A stretch of 64,000 bases of DNA from an uncultured Bdellovibrio sp. (GCA_963932905.1 CAWVRN010000004.1:1-64000); one strand, 5' to 3'; counted from the stretch's first letter, positions 29,827-40,589 are shown. Notes: generated by a model from the sequence alone, not told the origin. Translations and numbers: made by a program.

Positions 29827-31536
29827 ATGGATGAAATCAATACGCATTCGACTAGCCCCGTAACCAACAGAAACGATCCTTGGCGCCCGCAGTATCATCC
29901 TTCTATCTCTCCTAAGATCGACATAGACCAGTACAAAAACATTATGGACGTCGTGGACGAGGCTGTTAAGAAATACACTGATAAGAAAGCCATGACGAAC
30001 TATGGTCATTCATTCACCTACGCCCAGCTAAATGAAAAAGTGAATCAATTTGCGGCGTTCTTACAACAAGAGCTAAAATTGAAAAAAGGCGATCGTATCG
30101 CGATCCAAATGCCTAACTTATTGCAATATCCCGTTGTTTTGTTCGGCGCCATCAAAGCGGGCTTAATCATCGTAAACACAAATCCTCTCTACACAGCTCC
30201 TGAAATGAAACATCAATTCAATGATTCAGGCGCTAAATGCATCGTGATTTTGAAAAACTACGCGCATTTACTTGAAAGCATCATCAAAGAAACGAAAATT
30301 GAAAGCGTTATTTTAACTGAAATTGGTGACTTCTTGCCATTTCCAAAAAGCCTGTTGATCAATTTCGTCGTTAAATACATAAAGAAAATGGTTCCGGCCT
30401 ATCACTTGCCGCAAGCTTATGATTTAAATCAGGCACTAGAAATTGGCAATTTAGCAAAGTTCCAAAAAGTAGAAATGAACACGCTCGACATTGCGTTTTT
30501 ACAGTACACAGGCGGAACAACGGGTGTTTCTAAAGGCGCTATCTTAACTCACAGAAATATCATCGCGAACATGCTACAAATTGCAAACTGGATGCGCCCG
30601 AAATTAAAAGAAGGCGAAGAGATTGCGATTACAGCTCTTCCGCTATACCACATTTTCTCTTTAACGGTGAACTGCCTAGCCTTCATGCGCTACGGAGCTC
30701 AAAATATTCTGATTACAAACCCTCGCGATATCCCGGCCTTCATCAAAGATATGAAGAAGAGCAAATTCACCGTGATGTCGGGCGTGAACACGTTGTTCAA
30801 TGCTTTAATGAATCACCCAGATTTCACATCTATTGATTTCAGATCGGTAAAAGTCAGCGTTGCCGGTGCGATGGCCTTACAAAAAGCGGTCAGCGAACGT
30901 TGGGAAAAAATGACGGGAACAAAAATCGTAGAAGGTTATGGTTTAACAGAAACATCACCAGTTGCTTGCTGTAACCCCATCGATGGCACAGATCGCGTAG
31001 GGACCATCGGTCTACCTGTTCCTGAAACATGGATTAAATTCGTAGACGACGATGGCAAAGAAATTACGAATAACGAACCCGGTGAAATCTGCGTCTACGG
31101 CCCACAAGTGATGAAGGGATACTGGGAACGCCCAGACGAAACCGCGAAAGTCATCGATAAAGATGGCTGGCTACACACGGGTGACATCGGTATCATGGAC
31201 GAGAAAAACTACATTAAAATCGTAGACCGCAAAAAAGATATGATTTTGGTTTCTGGCTTCAACGTATACCCTAACGAAGTGGAAGACGCATTAGCATCCC
31301 ATCCTGGCATCCTCGAAGTTGCGGCGATCGGTATCCCTGACACTCATTCTGGTGAAGTGGTTAAAGTTGTGATTGTTAAGAAAGATCCTAACTTAACCGC
31401 GGAAAGTGTGATCGCACATGCTAAGCAGAATTTAACCAATTATAAAGTACCAAAGGTTGTGGAGTTTAGAACTGAGCTTCCGAAGACGAATGTTGGGAAG
31501 ATTCTTCGTCGCGCTTTGAGAACACCGACGGCTTAG
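29827..31536 (+). CDS. fadD: Long-chain-fatty-acid--CoA ligase
   Basis: QYTGGTTGVSKG, EGYGLTE, GWLHTGD, DRKKDMI, PKTNVGKILRR; AAGGAG RBS before ATG 29827. Confidence 0.95.
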   Translation: MDEINTHSTSPVTNRNDPWRPQYHPSISPKIDIDQYKNIMDVVDEAVKKYTDKKAMTNYGHSFTYAQLNEKVNQFAAFLQQELKLKKGDRIAIQMPNLLQYPVVLFGAIKAGLIIVNTNPLYTAPEMKHQFNDSGAKCIVILKNYAHLLESIIKETKIESVILTEIGDFLPFPKSLLINFVVKYIKKMVPAYHLPQAYDLNQALEIGNLAKFQKVEMNTLDIAFLQYTGGTTGVSKGAILTHRNIIANMLQIANWMRPKLKEGEEIAITALPLYHIFSLTVNCLAFMRYGAQNILITNPRDIPAFIKDMKKSKFTVMSGVNTLFNALMNHPDFTSIDFRSVKVSVAGAMALQKAVSERWEKMTGTKIVEGYGLTETSPVACCNPIDGTDRVGTIGLPVPETWIKFVDDDGKEITNNEPGEICVYGPQVMKGYWERPDETAKVIDKDGWLHTGDIGIMDEKNYIKIVDRKKDMILVSGFNVYPNEVEDALASHPGILEVAAIGIPDTHSGEVVKVVIVKKDPNLTAESVIAHAKQNLTNYKVPKVVEFRTELPKTNVGKILRRALRTPTA

Positions 31537-31937
31537 GGACTCATCTTTCGTCGCGGTTTAGGCTGTGTTTTAAAAGTCGTTGATTCAGAACTCCACTGAT
31601 CTAAAACTTGAACTACTCTCGTCTTTCGAGTTTTGGTGGGGCCGAATCCGGCGGATAGGAATTTTTAAGCCCGAATTGTTCAATGCCAGCATATAGTTTT
31701 CACTGGTTGCGTAATTGAAACAAGTCTTTGGAATGAGTTTTACTCATTGTTAAAATTTGTGACCTATTTTTGATTTACTGAGGGTGTTTCTCAAGATTTT
31801 GAATACACGATTCCATTGTAGCTTAGATTCTTAGTCTGCTGATTGATTAAAATTGTCGAAGTTCATCTCGAAGTCCAATTGGTTGAAATGGCACCTCTGA
31901 CGCTGTTGGCGCAATGTGTAATCTAAAAAAACAAAGA

Positions 31938-33635
31938 TCAAATTCCTTCAAAAAAGGACTGCGATAATCGTTGTTCAATCTTTTGACGTAATGGGACAGA
32001 TACTGGCCATTTTTGCAGTTCAAGGAGAGCTGCTTTGTGCTGATTTCCGGCAAGGTTTGATTGTTCTAGTTTTTGGAATACCTCTGTCATGTTGACTGAC
32101 TCTAAAATTAGTTCCTGAGTGCGTTTGAAATCATTATCAGGCATATTTTGTGAGTTACGTTTTATTAATAAACCAGCAACCACGGCAACGGCTTTACCCG
32201 AATTATTTTTTTTGTTTGCAAAAAAATCTTCTAAAATTGATTTTCGTTGTTCAATGCTTATCGGACGAGTCATAATAAGCCTACCCAATTGCAGCGAACT
32301 TGACTCCATAACATATCGATTAGACGGGTTTACTTTTAACAAACGTCGAATAAAATCATCCTCGTTTTCTAGTGGCGTATTAGAAGCTAGGCTTAGCGTC
32401 GACACAAAATCACGATAGGATTGGCTAGCGTTCGCTTCAGAAATCACATTCAACTTATCCGTGGTCATTACGTTCCCTAGGCATGTGGGAATACTTTTTT
32501 GGTTATTCAGTGTAGAAACAAACCCTCTAAAGTCGGCTTCATCAAACGATGCACTTTGCTTTTTAAGCTGTGCACAGACATCGACCTCGGAAAAATCGGC
32601 TGAAATCATTAGCTGGGCAGCCCGAAAAGACCGTGCCGCGGGAAAGTTTTGCGTTGCGGATTTGATAAAATTTTGAATTTCTTTTTTCTTAGCGGAATTC
32701 TCTTTTAAAAATCGGACAAGCTCTTCGTTGAAGATGCGATGCCGAGAAAGATTCAACAATTTCTTTGTTGTTTCATCATTTTCACTGGTCATCAGATCAG
32801 TTAGCATATCTTTATGGACATACATTCTGATAAAGTTCTGCGCCGAGTTTTCGGATAAGCCAGAGGTAAAGGCATGAAAATAAGCAATTCGATCCGTGTC
32901 AAAATCTCCCCGACAGATTTTACAAAAACTTCTCTTGCTCTCTTCGCTAAAGCTAGACTCCACATGTGCGGTAATCTGTGGACCAAAACAACACACGTCA
33001 CATGTCGCTGCATAATCAACCTTAACGTCACGGTAGTTATAAAAATTATGACTGTGACCATGGGCAATTGTATGCATAAACTCATGGAAAAATATAAATT
33101 TCAGTTGGTCGTCAGTGTGTAGAAATTTTCCGTTTCTAATGTCGTTGGGATTCATAAATACAGTTGGATAGTCATTGTCCCCAACCAAAGTCGCTGCTGC
33201 ATAAGTGTTGTCGTTAAAATTTTTCTTTTTTCTTTCGTCATCGATATCACAACGTAATTTTGCAATGTTCGTTTTGTTGGACAAAAGCTTCAATAAGTTT
33301 TTATAGTGCTCGTCTGCTTTGGGTGTACCCAATTTCTTTAAGCATTTTAGCCCCTGATTCATACTTTCTTCCATTAACCTAACAACTCTCTCGGCCCCAA
33401 TACTACTGAAACATGAATCAGAGATCTGAAAGTTTTTATTTTGAAGCAGAACCCACGTAATCGGTTCTTTCTGTTCTTTAGAAGGAATCAGAGGGGTTAA
33501 TACGTTGAAAGCGCCTTCATGAGACGCACATTCGTAACCGGCCCATGACCAAGAGTTAAAAAAAAGTAGTAACAAAATAATGGAAAGCACTCTATTTAGA
33601 ATAGCAAATAAGGGTATATCAGCAAGACCAGACAA
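31938..33635 (-). CDS. Secreted zincin-like metalloprotease-domain protein
   Basis: Signal peptide; HEFMHTIAHGH (HExxH with third His); Cys-rich; start uncertain. Confidence 0.6.
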   Translation of the reverse strand: MSGLADIPLFAILNRVLSIILLLLFFNSWSWAGYECASHEGAFNVLTPLIPSKEQKEPITWVLLQNKNFQISDSCFSSIGAERVVRLMEESMNQGLKCLKKLGTPKADEHYKNLLKLLSNKTNIAKLRCDIDDERKKKNFNDNTYAAATLVGDNDYPTVFMNPNDIRNGKFLHTDDQLKFIFFHEFMHTIAHGHSHNFYNYRDVKVDYAATCDVCCFGPQITAHVESSFSEESKRSFCKICRGDFDTDRIAYFHAFTSGLSENSAQNFIRMYVHKDMLTDLMTSENDETTKKLLNLSRHRIFNEELVRFLKENSAKKKEIQNFIKSATQNFPAARSFRAAQLMISADFSEVDVCAQLKKQSASFDEADFRGFVSTLNNQKSIPTCLGNVMTTDKLNVISEANASQSYRDFVSTLSLASNTPLENEDDFIRRLLKVNPSNRYVMESSSLQLGRLIMTRPISIEQRKSILEDFFANKKNNSGKAVAVVAGLLIKRNSQNMPDNDFKRTQELILESVNMTEVFQKLEQSNLAGNQHKAALLELQKWPVSVPLRQKIEQRLSQSFFEGI

Positions 33636-33935
33636 ACCTTAGCCTGGTAACGAAAACTGCTGTCCCCATGTCCTAGAGCTTGGGGCTTTCAATCGCATTA
33701 TTTTAAATCGCGAAATTCATATATCGTTTATTAGGTTTAAACCGTGTTTCCAGGTCAATTTTTTTTCGCTTTTTCATTAGTACTAATGGCAAACAATTGA
33801 TCAATGATTTCAGGGTCAATACGGCTTTGACTGGCATAACGAACCCAAGCCTTCGCTTGATCAGGATACTGGAATCCTAGCGGCTTTTTAATTTAGTACC
33901 GGACGTTTCATATGCTTCATGCTAAGATGAACTAT

Positions 33936-34445
33936 ATGAAACGAAAAACTCAAACAGAAAAATCTATTAAAAACTTACAAAAGCTATCGTTTTCCATTGG
34001 CGATTTTATTAGATACTGAGGGTTTCGGCGTGTACACGGTGCGATTTGGACGCAGCTGTATTTATCAAAGACGCCACTGAGTTGCACCGACCTGACTATA
34101 CGCCTTGATTTATCAAAAGCGCTTATTAGTCCAGCTCTAGAAGAACTTTGCCACTATAAACTCATTACCGAAGCACCAGCACCTAATGAAAAAACAAAAG
34201 TTTACGAAGCCTGTAAAAATATAAATGAAGTCTTTGTGCATGTATTAAAAACCAGAGAAACCAAAATTATCGAACAAATCAACGGCGATTTTTCGTCGTC
34301 AATAGGACAGAAAATGATTCGATTGCTATCGAAAGTGCTAAGCTCAAAAAATTTAAGAGAAATGATTATCTCTACCAATTTAATGTTAGAAATTAAGCTA
34401 GCACAAAAAAATATTCTTAATTTGCCATTCGAACTTGAAAAATAG
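33936..34445 (+). pseudogene. GbsR/MarR-like HTH regulator interrupted by an in-frame TGA
   Basis: ATG 33936 ... IGDFIRY*GFRRVHGAIWTQLYLSKTPLS...SKALIS; TGA at 34017-34019; the frame continues into the tracked ORF 34236-34445. Confidence 0.75.
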
Positions 34446-34841
34446 CTAAAACGAAAAAATAAAAAACAATTTAATTAAAATTGTTTCCACGGTCTCTCTT
34501 TTTCATTTTCATCTAGTTTATCAATTCCAACACTGTTTTCTGTTCTTGTTTTTGAAGATTGTTTTCCAACACCTCTCATCATCATGCTGGGAACTGCATT
34601 AGCTTCTATTGGCTCAATTGGGGACCTAGGAAAGGCAAAATGCTGTTAATACTAATTATTCATGCATTTTCGTGTTGGTTTATGACAGCTGGTGCATTGG
34701 GCCCGCAGAAATCAGTGGTCCAGTATTCCGCACCGTAAATACTCTTCACCCTCTTAATCACGAAATCTGGCAAATGACCGACCACTGACTGTTAAAGCCA
34801 CTCCCTTCCTTTACATCAGAACCGAGCCGAAGTATCCTTTG

Positions 34842-35228
34842 ATGATGAAACTATTTTTACTAAGCTTTGTATTGGTGGCCCAGCCTGTTTTCGTTTTCGC
34901 CTGTAGTTGCAATTTTGGGAACTTGAATAAAGCTCTTAAATATCCGACAGCAGCTGAAAGTGCATTTATTGCGTTGTACAAGGATGGATACTTTGAAGTG
35001 CGTAAGAATTGGAAACCGGTACCGTCGTTGAAATTCAAAACCGAATCTTCATGGCCAGGCCACACAACAAAATGTGACCTAAATTTGGATTCAGGTCAGG
35101 AGTATCTCATAATTTCAACTGAGAAAGCGAAGGAGCCATTTCAGTTAAACATTTGTTCTTCTTCAGCGTTTAAAGTGAGCGAAGCTAAAGAAATCATTTC
35201 CAAACTTAATAAGAGTACTAAAAGATAA
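34842..35228 (+). CDS. Secreted TIMP/NTR-like protein
   Basis: Signal peptide ending VFA then CSC; C......G.EYLI and L.ICS motifs. Confidence 0.6.
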   Translation: MMKLFLLSFVLVAQPVFVFACSCNFGNLNKALKYPTAAESAFIALYKDGYFEVRKNWKPVPSLKFKTESSWPGHTTKCDLNLDSGQEYLIISTEKAKEPFQLNICSSSAFKVSEAKEIISKLNKSTKR

Positions 35229-35330
35229 CCCTGCCTGCTCAAATACCATTTTTCTAAATTGCCAACGTGAAATCATAAAACCCAGCGATAAAAAGCTGGA
35301 TTTCATTTTTGTTCCGAATAATTCGGAATT

Positions 35331-35354
35331 AAAAAAGGGAGTCTGTCGACTCCC
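35331..35354 (-). terminator. Rho-independent terminator after the HiPIP gene
   Basis: GGGAGTC-GACA-GACTCCC-TTTTTT on the minus strand. Confidence 0.8.
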
Positions 35355-35362
35355 CAATTCAA

Positions 35363-35779
35363 CTAGCCTTTCTTAGCCCAAGAATTACAAATTCCTTGGT
35401 CCGCAACCAGCATTTTTTGGAACAAAGAGCACTTGCCAACTGGTTTACCAGCTTTATCGCCTACTTTAGTGTAGAAGCTGCAGTTATTGCAGAAACGTTT
35501 GTCCCAAGGGACACCCTTGTCTGTTTTTTTATCTGTCTTAGGATCTTTGTCTGCATCCGCGTGCGAGTGGTGATACGCTAACGCGTCCGCAGTTCCTTTT
35601 CCTGGCTCTACCATTGGTAGATCCGTTTCTTTAGCTGGTGAATCTGTTTTAGCGCCACGGCGTTTTTCTTGAGCTCCGGCTTGGCTCTTCAACATTTGAA
35701 CGGCTACAACGGCTGCGCCAGTCACTGTTGCCATGTGAGTTAAGAATTCTCTTTTAGACATTTTGCTATTTGTGTTCAT
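35363..35779 (-). CDS. High-potential iron-sulfur protein (HiPIP)
   Basis: Tat-like SKREFL; CxxC..Y...C.LF....V...G.C..W. Confidence 0.85.
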   Translation of the reverse strand: MNTNSKMSKREFLTHMATVTGAAVVAVQMLKSQAGAQEKRRGAKTDSPAKETDLPMVEPGKGTADALAYHHSHADADKDPKTDKKTDKGVPWDKRFCNNCSFYTKVGDKAGKPVGKCSLFQKMLVADQGICNSWAKKG

Positions 35780-35856
35780 AACGATTTCCTTCCGTTTCGT
35801 GTTCGAATGTTAACAATTTACTTGTTTTCATTTGGTTTTCAATTAAATTTTCACGT

Positions 35857-36564
35857 ATGAGCACAGCAAACCCAAGTCAATTTTGGAATCAGGTGTATCA
35901 ATCTCCTGAGAACAAAAATCCAAACTATCTTCAGTTCTTAAAAAATGCCCCCACGTCCCTATTGGCAGATCATTGGGAGGACCTTAAAAAAGGCAAAACT
36001 CTAGATATCGGTTTTGGCTTAGGCAACGATGCTCTGTTTTTAAGCAAAAAAGGCTTCGACGTTCTTGGGATCGACATCTCCGACACGGCCAAACAAAAAG
36101 CTGAAAAGAACATCTCGGGCCCTGATCAAGTCGTTCAATTCAAAACAGGCGACATCGAGCTTCACCTGTTCGGCTTACTTCAGTACGACACTATTTTAAT
36201 GAATTACTATCGTCCGCAAAATAACCGCCTGTACCAAGAAATCATTAAAAGCTTAAAGTTTGGTGGTACCCTGATGATCGAATCCTATTTGATCGATGAA
36301 GTGAATGAAGTTCTAGGCAAAGAAGATGACTACAAAAACTTCTACTTCAAACACAACGAACTTTTAAAGAACCTTTCTGGCCTGCGCATTCTTTTCTATA
36401 AAGAGGGCATAGTCCAAGGAAAAACCCGAGTTCAGTGTATCGCCCAAAAACCGACGGACAAGGATGTTGAAAAATACAACCTGTTCAATATGGCCGGCGC
36501 CGCCCAAGAGCCAAAAAAATCAGCGCAAATGGAACTGGCTGAATCACTGTTCAAGAAAAAGTAA
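35857..36564 (+). CDS. Class I SAM-dependent methyltransferase (TehB-like)
   Basis: LDIGFGLGNDALFL...GFDV.GID.S. Confidence 0.85.
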   Translation: MSTANPSQFWNQVYQSPENKNPNYLQFLKNAPTSLLADHWEDLKKGKTLDIGFGLGNDALFLSKKGFDVLGIDISDTAKQKAEKNISGPDQVVQFKTGDIELHLFGLLQYDTILMNYYRPQNNRLYQEIIKSLKFGGTLMIESYLIDEVNEVLGKEDDYKNFYFKHNELLKNLSGLRILFYKEGIVQGKTRVQCIAQKPTDKDVEKYNLFNMAGAAQEPKKSAQMELAESLFKKK

Positions 36565-36659
36565 CAAACTCCCGCTATCTAAATTCTACTTAACCAAATG
36601 GTCTAGATAGTGCTACACAAAGAGCTCGAGCAGGCATTTAAGTAGGACCCTGGGGGATT

Positions 36660-37379
36660 TTGACCGTGTTTGAAACACTGAACCGTCGCGAATTTACACT
36701 TTTAATGAGTTTGGGTTTTGCCCAAGTCCTAACGGGCGCTCCACCCCCAGAAACAAATCAACCCGATTACCTGACGTCTCAATACAACAAGTATGCTAGA
36801 CGATATGGCATAACAGATAAAAAATTTTCGTTTAACGACAAAATATTCGAATTTAAGAAAAAACAGTACGCGATTAACACCGAACGGTTTTGTTTTGTGA
36901 ATTACGACTACCCGGCCGCGAAGCAAAGATTTTTTATTTTCAACAAAGACGCAACAGTACAACTCTCATCCCTAGCTTCCCACGGCATCAACACGGGCAA
37001 TGAAACATCATGCCTATTCTCAAACACGGACAGTAGTTATCAAAGCTCGTTGGGAATTTATGTTACAGGCACTCCCTATGTGGGTAATTTTGGACCATCT
37101 ATTAATCTTCACGGCTTAAGCTATGGCAATAACCTCGCATTTGACCGTCGCATCGTTATTCATGGAGCCGACTACTGCAGCACAGATCATATCGCTAAAT
37201 ATGGCTTCCTAGGGCGTAGTTTGGGTTGCATTGCCTTATCCAAAAAGAATATGATTTCAGCATATCAAATACTAACTCCAGGGACGATTGTGATTGCCAA
37301 ACAAGACACTAAAAAAACACTCACGGAAGCATTGATTCCGCCGACCCAGGAAGAAAAAACAGAAAATCGCCTGCCATGA
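36660..37379 (+). CDS. Murein L,D-transpeptidase catalytic-domain protein (YkuD-like)
   Basis: Tat-like NRREF; FSN...S.QSSLG, IVIHGADY, GRSLGC. Confidence 0.85.
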   Translation: MTVFETLNRREFTLLMSLGFAQVLTGAPPPETNQPDYLTSQYNKYARRYGITDKKFSFNDKIFEFKKKQYAINTERFCFVNYDYPAAKQRFFIFNKDATVQLSSLASHGINTGNETSCLFSNTDSSYQSSLGIYVTGTPYVGNFGPSINLHGLSYGNNLAFDRRIVIHGADYCSTDHIAKYGFLGRSLGCIALSKKNMISAYQILTPGTIVIAKQDTKKTLTEALIPPTQEEKTENRLP

Positions 37380-37702
37380 AGTTTTCTATTTATGACCATA
37401 TGATCTTAAATCAACAAAGTATTTCTGTGACGGTTAAACCCGCCTTTACCGCGTACTTCAAGTCTGAATTCGGACTAGACGTTCATATTCACGCAAGCAA
37501 CGTATATCTATTCGCCATCCCTCTGCAAGGGGAATTTACTGAACTATCTGAAGCCCAAAAGAAATTTGTTTTTGAGAAAGAAGTCAGCCTCTATGAGGAG
37601 CAATACGAATTTGATTTCCCTTATGACAAAACCCTGTTTGAACGATTCTTTGAAATCACTTGGCACGGCGTTGTTTATCATGGTGAAATCAAATCACTAT
37701 GA
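37376..37702 (+). CDS. Hypothetical protein
   Basis: ATGA overlaps on both ends with neighbours. Confidence 0.7.
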   Translation: MKFSIYDHMILNQQSISVTVKPAFTAYFKSEFGLDVHIHASNVYLFAIPLQGEFTELSEAQKKFVFEKEVSLYEEQYEFDFPYDKTLFERFFEITWHGVVYHGEIKSL

Positions 37703-38880
37703 AAAGTACATTATTATTTTGCGCCTTATTTTCTTCCGCTGCCTTTGCCATTAATTCACAGTCCTATTTCAAGGATTCTATCACGGCCTACAAAGCTGAT
37801 TTTGAAGGCCGCACAAAATTTTTAATCTCAAACAATAATTTGATTAAAAAAGATATTTCTTCGATAGAATATTTCAACATTGCGGCCAAAGATTTCCAGG
37901 CCAAAATCGACTACGTATTGATACCGTCGCAAATCAAAAAGAATTTAGTTATTATCCAATCAGGAACACATGGTATCGAAGGACTTACCGGCGCAGGAAT
38001 TCAAAATTTCTTGCTTGAATACCTACACGACAAACGATACGCATATACATCGTTCTTATATATTCACCTAATCAATCCTTGGGGAACATTCTACAATCGC
38101 CGAACGAATCCGAACAATGTCGATTTGAATCGTAATTTCGTTGTGACAGAATCTGACTTTGAACAAAAGAACGATGACTACGCTAAAATTAATTCTTTTC
38201 TGAATCCCGAGCAACCCTACGAACATGGTATGTTTAAAAAACTTTCTTTCTATGTCGAGTCTGTAAAGCTAATATTAAGTCATTCCATCGATACATTGCG
38301 ACGTTCTATTTTAAAGGGTCAGTACACTCATCCTAAAGGCATATATTATGGCGGCAATCAATTGCAGCCAGAATTTATAGCATTGAAAAAGATTTGGGAT
38401 CGTGAAGTTCAAGGCTATCAAAAGGTAGTCTACATTGACTTACATACTGGCTACGGAGAAAAAGGCAAACTTCACTTGTTATCGGGGCACTCAAGTTCCG
38501 ATTCGGCCAAGAAGATTTCTGATATGTACGCTCCCACCACAGTAGATTTCGGGAACAACAAGAATTTCTATGAAACCTCGGGCGACATCTTAACTTATTT
38601 TCAAGAAACGCATAAAAAATCCGCCGACATTTACCCTGTCACATTTGAATTTGGGACACTAGATTCACAAACTATCCTAGGATCACTGGATTCACTCTAC
38701 CGAATGGTGGTTGAAAACCAAACATATCAACATAAAGCCGATTCTACAGAATCAGAAAATTATTCAAAGCGCATGTTTAAAGAAATGTTTTATCCGTCTG
38801 ATTTTAATTGGCGCGACAAGGTCCTAGACCAAACTAAAAAAGAAATCGATAAAGTAGTTCGAAAACTAGAAGACCAGTAG
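37699..38880 (+). CDS. Secreted DUF2817/M14-like metallopeptidase
   Basis: SGTHGIEG, RR.N..NVDLNRNF, DLHTGYG, EFGT. Confidence 0.85.
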   Translation: MKSTLLFCALFSSAAFAINSQSYFKDSITAYKADFEGRTKFLISNNNLIKKDISSIEYFNIAAKDFQAKIDYVLIPSQIKKNLVIIQSGTHGIEGLTGAGIQNFLLEYLHDKRYAYTSFLYIHLINPWGTFYNRRTNPNNVDLNRNFVVTESDFEQKNDDYAKINSFLNPEQPYEHGMFKKLSFYVESVKLILSHSIDTLRRSILKGQYTHPKGIYYGGNQLQPEFIALKKIWDREVQGYQKVVYIDLHTGYGEKGKLHLLSGHSSSDSAKKISDMYAPTTVDFGNNKNFYETSGDILTYFQETHKKSADIYPVTFEFGTLDSQTILGSLDSLYRMVVENQTYQHKADSTESENYSKRMFKEMFYPSDFNWRDKVLDQTKKEIDKVVRKLEDQ

Positions 38881-38885
38881 CCAGC

Positions 38886-39734
38886 TTATTTTCCGATCCA
38901 TTCACAGTCTTTAATTATTTTGGTTTTAGGGCAGAACTCATTTTTCATGAAAATCGTTCTTTGCGTCCATTCACCACTCAAATTACACGTGTAACGAACG
39001 CATTGACCAGACTCTTGCACAAAAGCACACGCGCTCAGAACACCATTTGGATTTTTACAGATATATTTACTATTTTCGACAGCGGCTTTTTTAGCCATTT
39101 TCTTTTTCGTTTCGGTCGCCTTCTTTACCGATGCCGTCCATTGATTCGTATCTAGCAAAATCGGTTTATCAATCTTTTGTTTTTCCATTTTTAGCTTTGG
39201 AATTTTACGATCATTTAGCAAAAAATCATACGCTAAATCACCATCTACAGTCTCGGCCTGAATATTTAATCTGGTTCCTTCCTCAGTCGGCATTTCTCGA
39301 TCATCGGAATCAATTTGAATGGATTGAGTTTTAGAAAGCACATCCAGAACCGTGCTTTTGGCTTTTAAATCATGCTCGGCCGCAAAATCTCCGGGTTTAA
39401 TCGTAAACTTAAAAAACGTAGGAATTTGAAAAACTAAATCCGTCTGCGCCTTAATATAAATACGCCCCGACACTAACTGCAAAACGGAGTCATTATAACG
39501 AATTAAGGTGTTTTTAAATACTTTTAAATAGAAATGCCCTGGCAAAAAAATCATGGCCTCAGCATTACCTGTTTCTATTTGACTGAAACGTTCAAACTCC
39601 CAATACGGCGCGGTTTTCAAAGGTGAGCCATTAACCTTGATACCTTTAAACGACGTCGTCGTCATCACCCATGATCCTTCACCAGCGACTACTAAACCGG
39701 CCGTCAACAACAGAACCATGATAATTCGAATCAT
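38886..39734 (-). CDS. Hypothetical exported protein (FecR-like beta N-terminus, Cys-rich C-terminus)
   Basis: Signal peptide from ATG 39734 (ATGA overlap with the upstream gene); six C-terminal Cys. Confidence 0.65.
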   Translation of the reverse strand: MIRIIMVLLLTAGLVVAGEGSWVMTTTSFKGIKVNGSPLKTAPYWEFERFSQIETGNAEAMIFLPGHFYLKVFKNTLIRYNDSVLQLVSGRIYIKAQTDLVFQIPTFFKFTIKPGDFAAEHDLKAKSTVLDVLSKTQSIQIDSDDREMPTEEGTRLNIQAETVDGDLAYDFLLNDRKIPKLKMEKQKIDKPILLDTNQWTASVKKATETKKKMAKKAAVENSKYICKNPNGVLSACAFVQESGQCVRYTCNLSGEWTQRTIFMKNEFCPKTKIIKDCEWIGK

Positions 39735-40498
39735 TTCTCTAGCTCCCATAACTTTGCATGCTTCAAAAAAACAGAATAGGCAGATCCAACGGCAATAATA
39801 AAGCCAGGCAATCCATCCATAAATCCACGTTTGTAGAAATAATTTTCAAAAAATTTCACCCAGGGTTTTGTTAGTAGATTGAAGATAGAAAAACGTGATT
39901 TCTTAGACGCAAATAGATTTTGAGCCTGCAGGCTTGAGTACTTGTCGTTCGTGACGACTTGATGACTGATAGAATTAAAAACATAGTGCTGAATTGGATT
40001 TCTAAATTTTGACGTCTGCGGTGCCAGTACTTTTTCATGAATTTCCGCTTCATCCCATTTCGAATGCTGACGGTTAAACAAACGCAATTGATAGTCAGGA
40101 TACCAACCACCGTAGCGAATCCAGCGCCCTAAATAAAATGAAATCCTAGGCAAAAGGTAGCCTGTTTTTGCGTTCAAACTTTCAAATTGCTCTATGATTT
40201 CAGTTTGCAGTTCTGGCGAGAGTCGTTCATCTGCATCCAAACTCAGCACCCAGTCATATCTAGCCAATTCCACAGCTTTGTTTTTTTGCGGTCCAAATCC
40301 AAGCCAGCTTTGCTCGAAAAAACGAGCCCCAACATCCGCCGCAATCTCTTTAGTTTTGTCTTTAGAAAAACTATCTAAGATAACAATATCACTAGCGAAA
40401 GGGACCGAATCAAGGCAGCCTTTCAGGTTCCTTTCTTCATTTAAAGTAATAACCACTAAACTCAGTGGCAGCTTAACTGTGGGGTTAACTGTGGACAT
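39731..40498 (-). CDS. GT2 glycosyltransferase (WaaE/KdtX-like)
   Basis: ITLNEE, DSFS.D.T, GFG.QKN, WVLSLDADE, WYPD.QLRLF. Confidence 0.9.
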   Translation of the reverse strand: MSTVNPTVKLPLSLVVITLNEERNLKGCLDSVPFASDIVILDSFSKDKTKEIAADVGARFFEQSWLGFGPQKNKAVELARYDWVLSLDADERLSPELQTEIIEQFESLNAKTGYLLPRISFYLGRWIRYGGWYPDYQLRLFNRQHSKWDEAEIHEKVLAPQTSKFRNPIQHYVFNSISHQVVTNDKYSSLQAQNLFASKKSRFSIFNLLTKPWVKFFENYFYKRGFMDGLPGFIIAVGSAYSVFLKHAKLWELEK

Positions 40499-40589
40499 GA
40501 CATCACTGTCTCAACAGTTATTCAGCTTGTCAAATGCACGGCCAGCTATTTATTCTAGTGAGAGCCTACTTTTAGCCTCAAGGAGCCCT

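Noticed and set aside
29665..30009. Long head-to-head overlap of the 428-aa and 623-aa ORFs
   Set aside because: Artefact of longest-ORF starts; plausible starts at 29781 (-) and 29827 (+) remove the overlap
33655..33720. Possible c-di-GMP riboswitch upstream of the zincin-like gene
   Set aside because: Only short stems (CCCCA/TGGGG, TCGC/GCGA); lacks the GEMM consensus elements
34017..34019. TGA recoding (Trp or Sec) hypothesis
   Set aside because: Single instance; TGA terminates many genes here (ATGA/GTGA overlaps) and TGG is used for Trp in the same ORF
40194..40589. N-terminal extension of ORF 40194-41204 overlapping the GT2 gene
   Set aside because: RBS and signal peptide support a start at 40590
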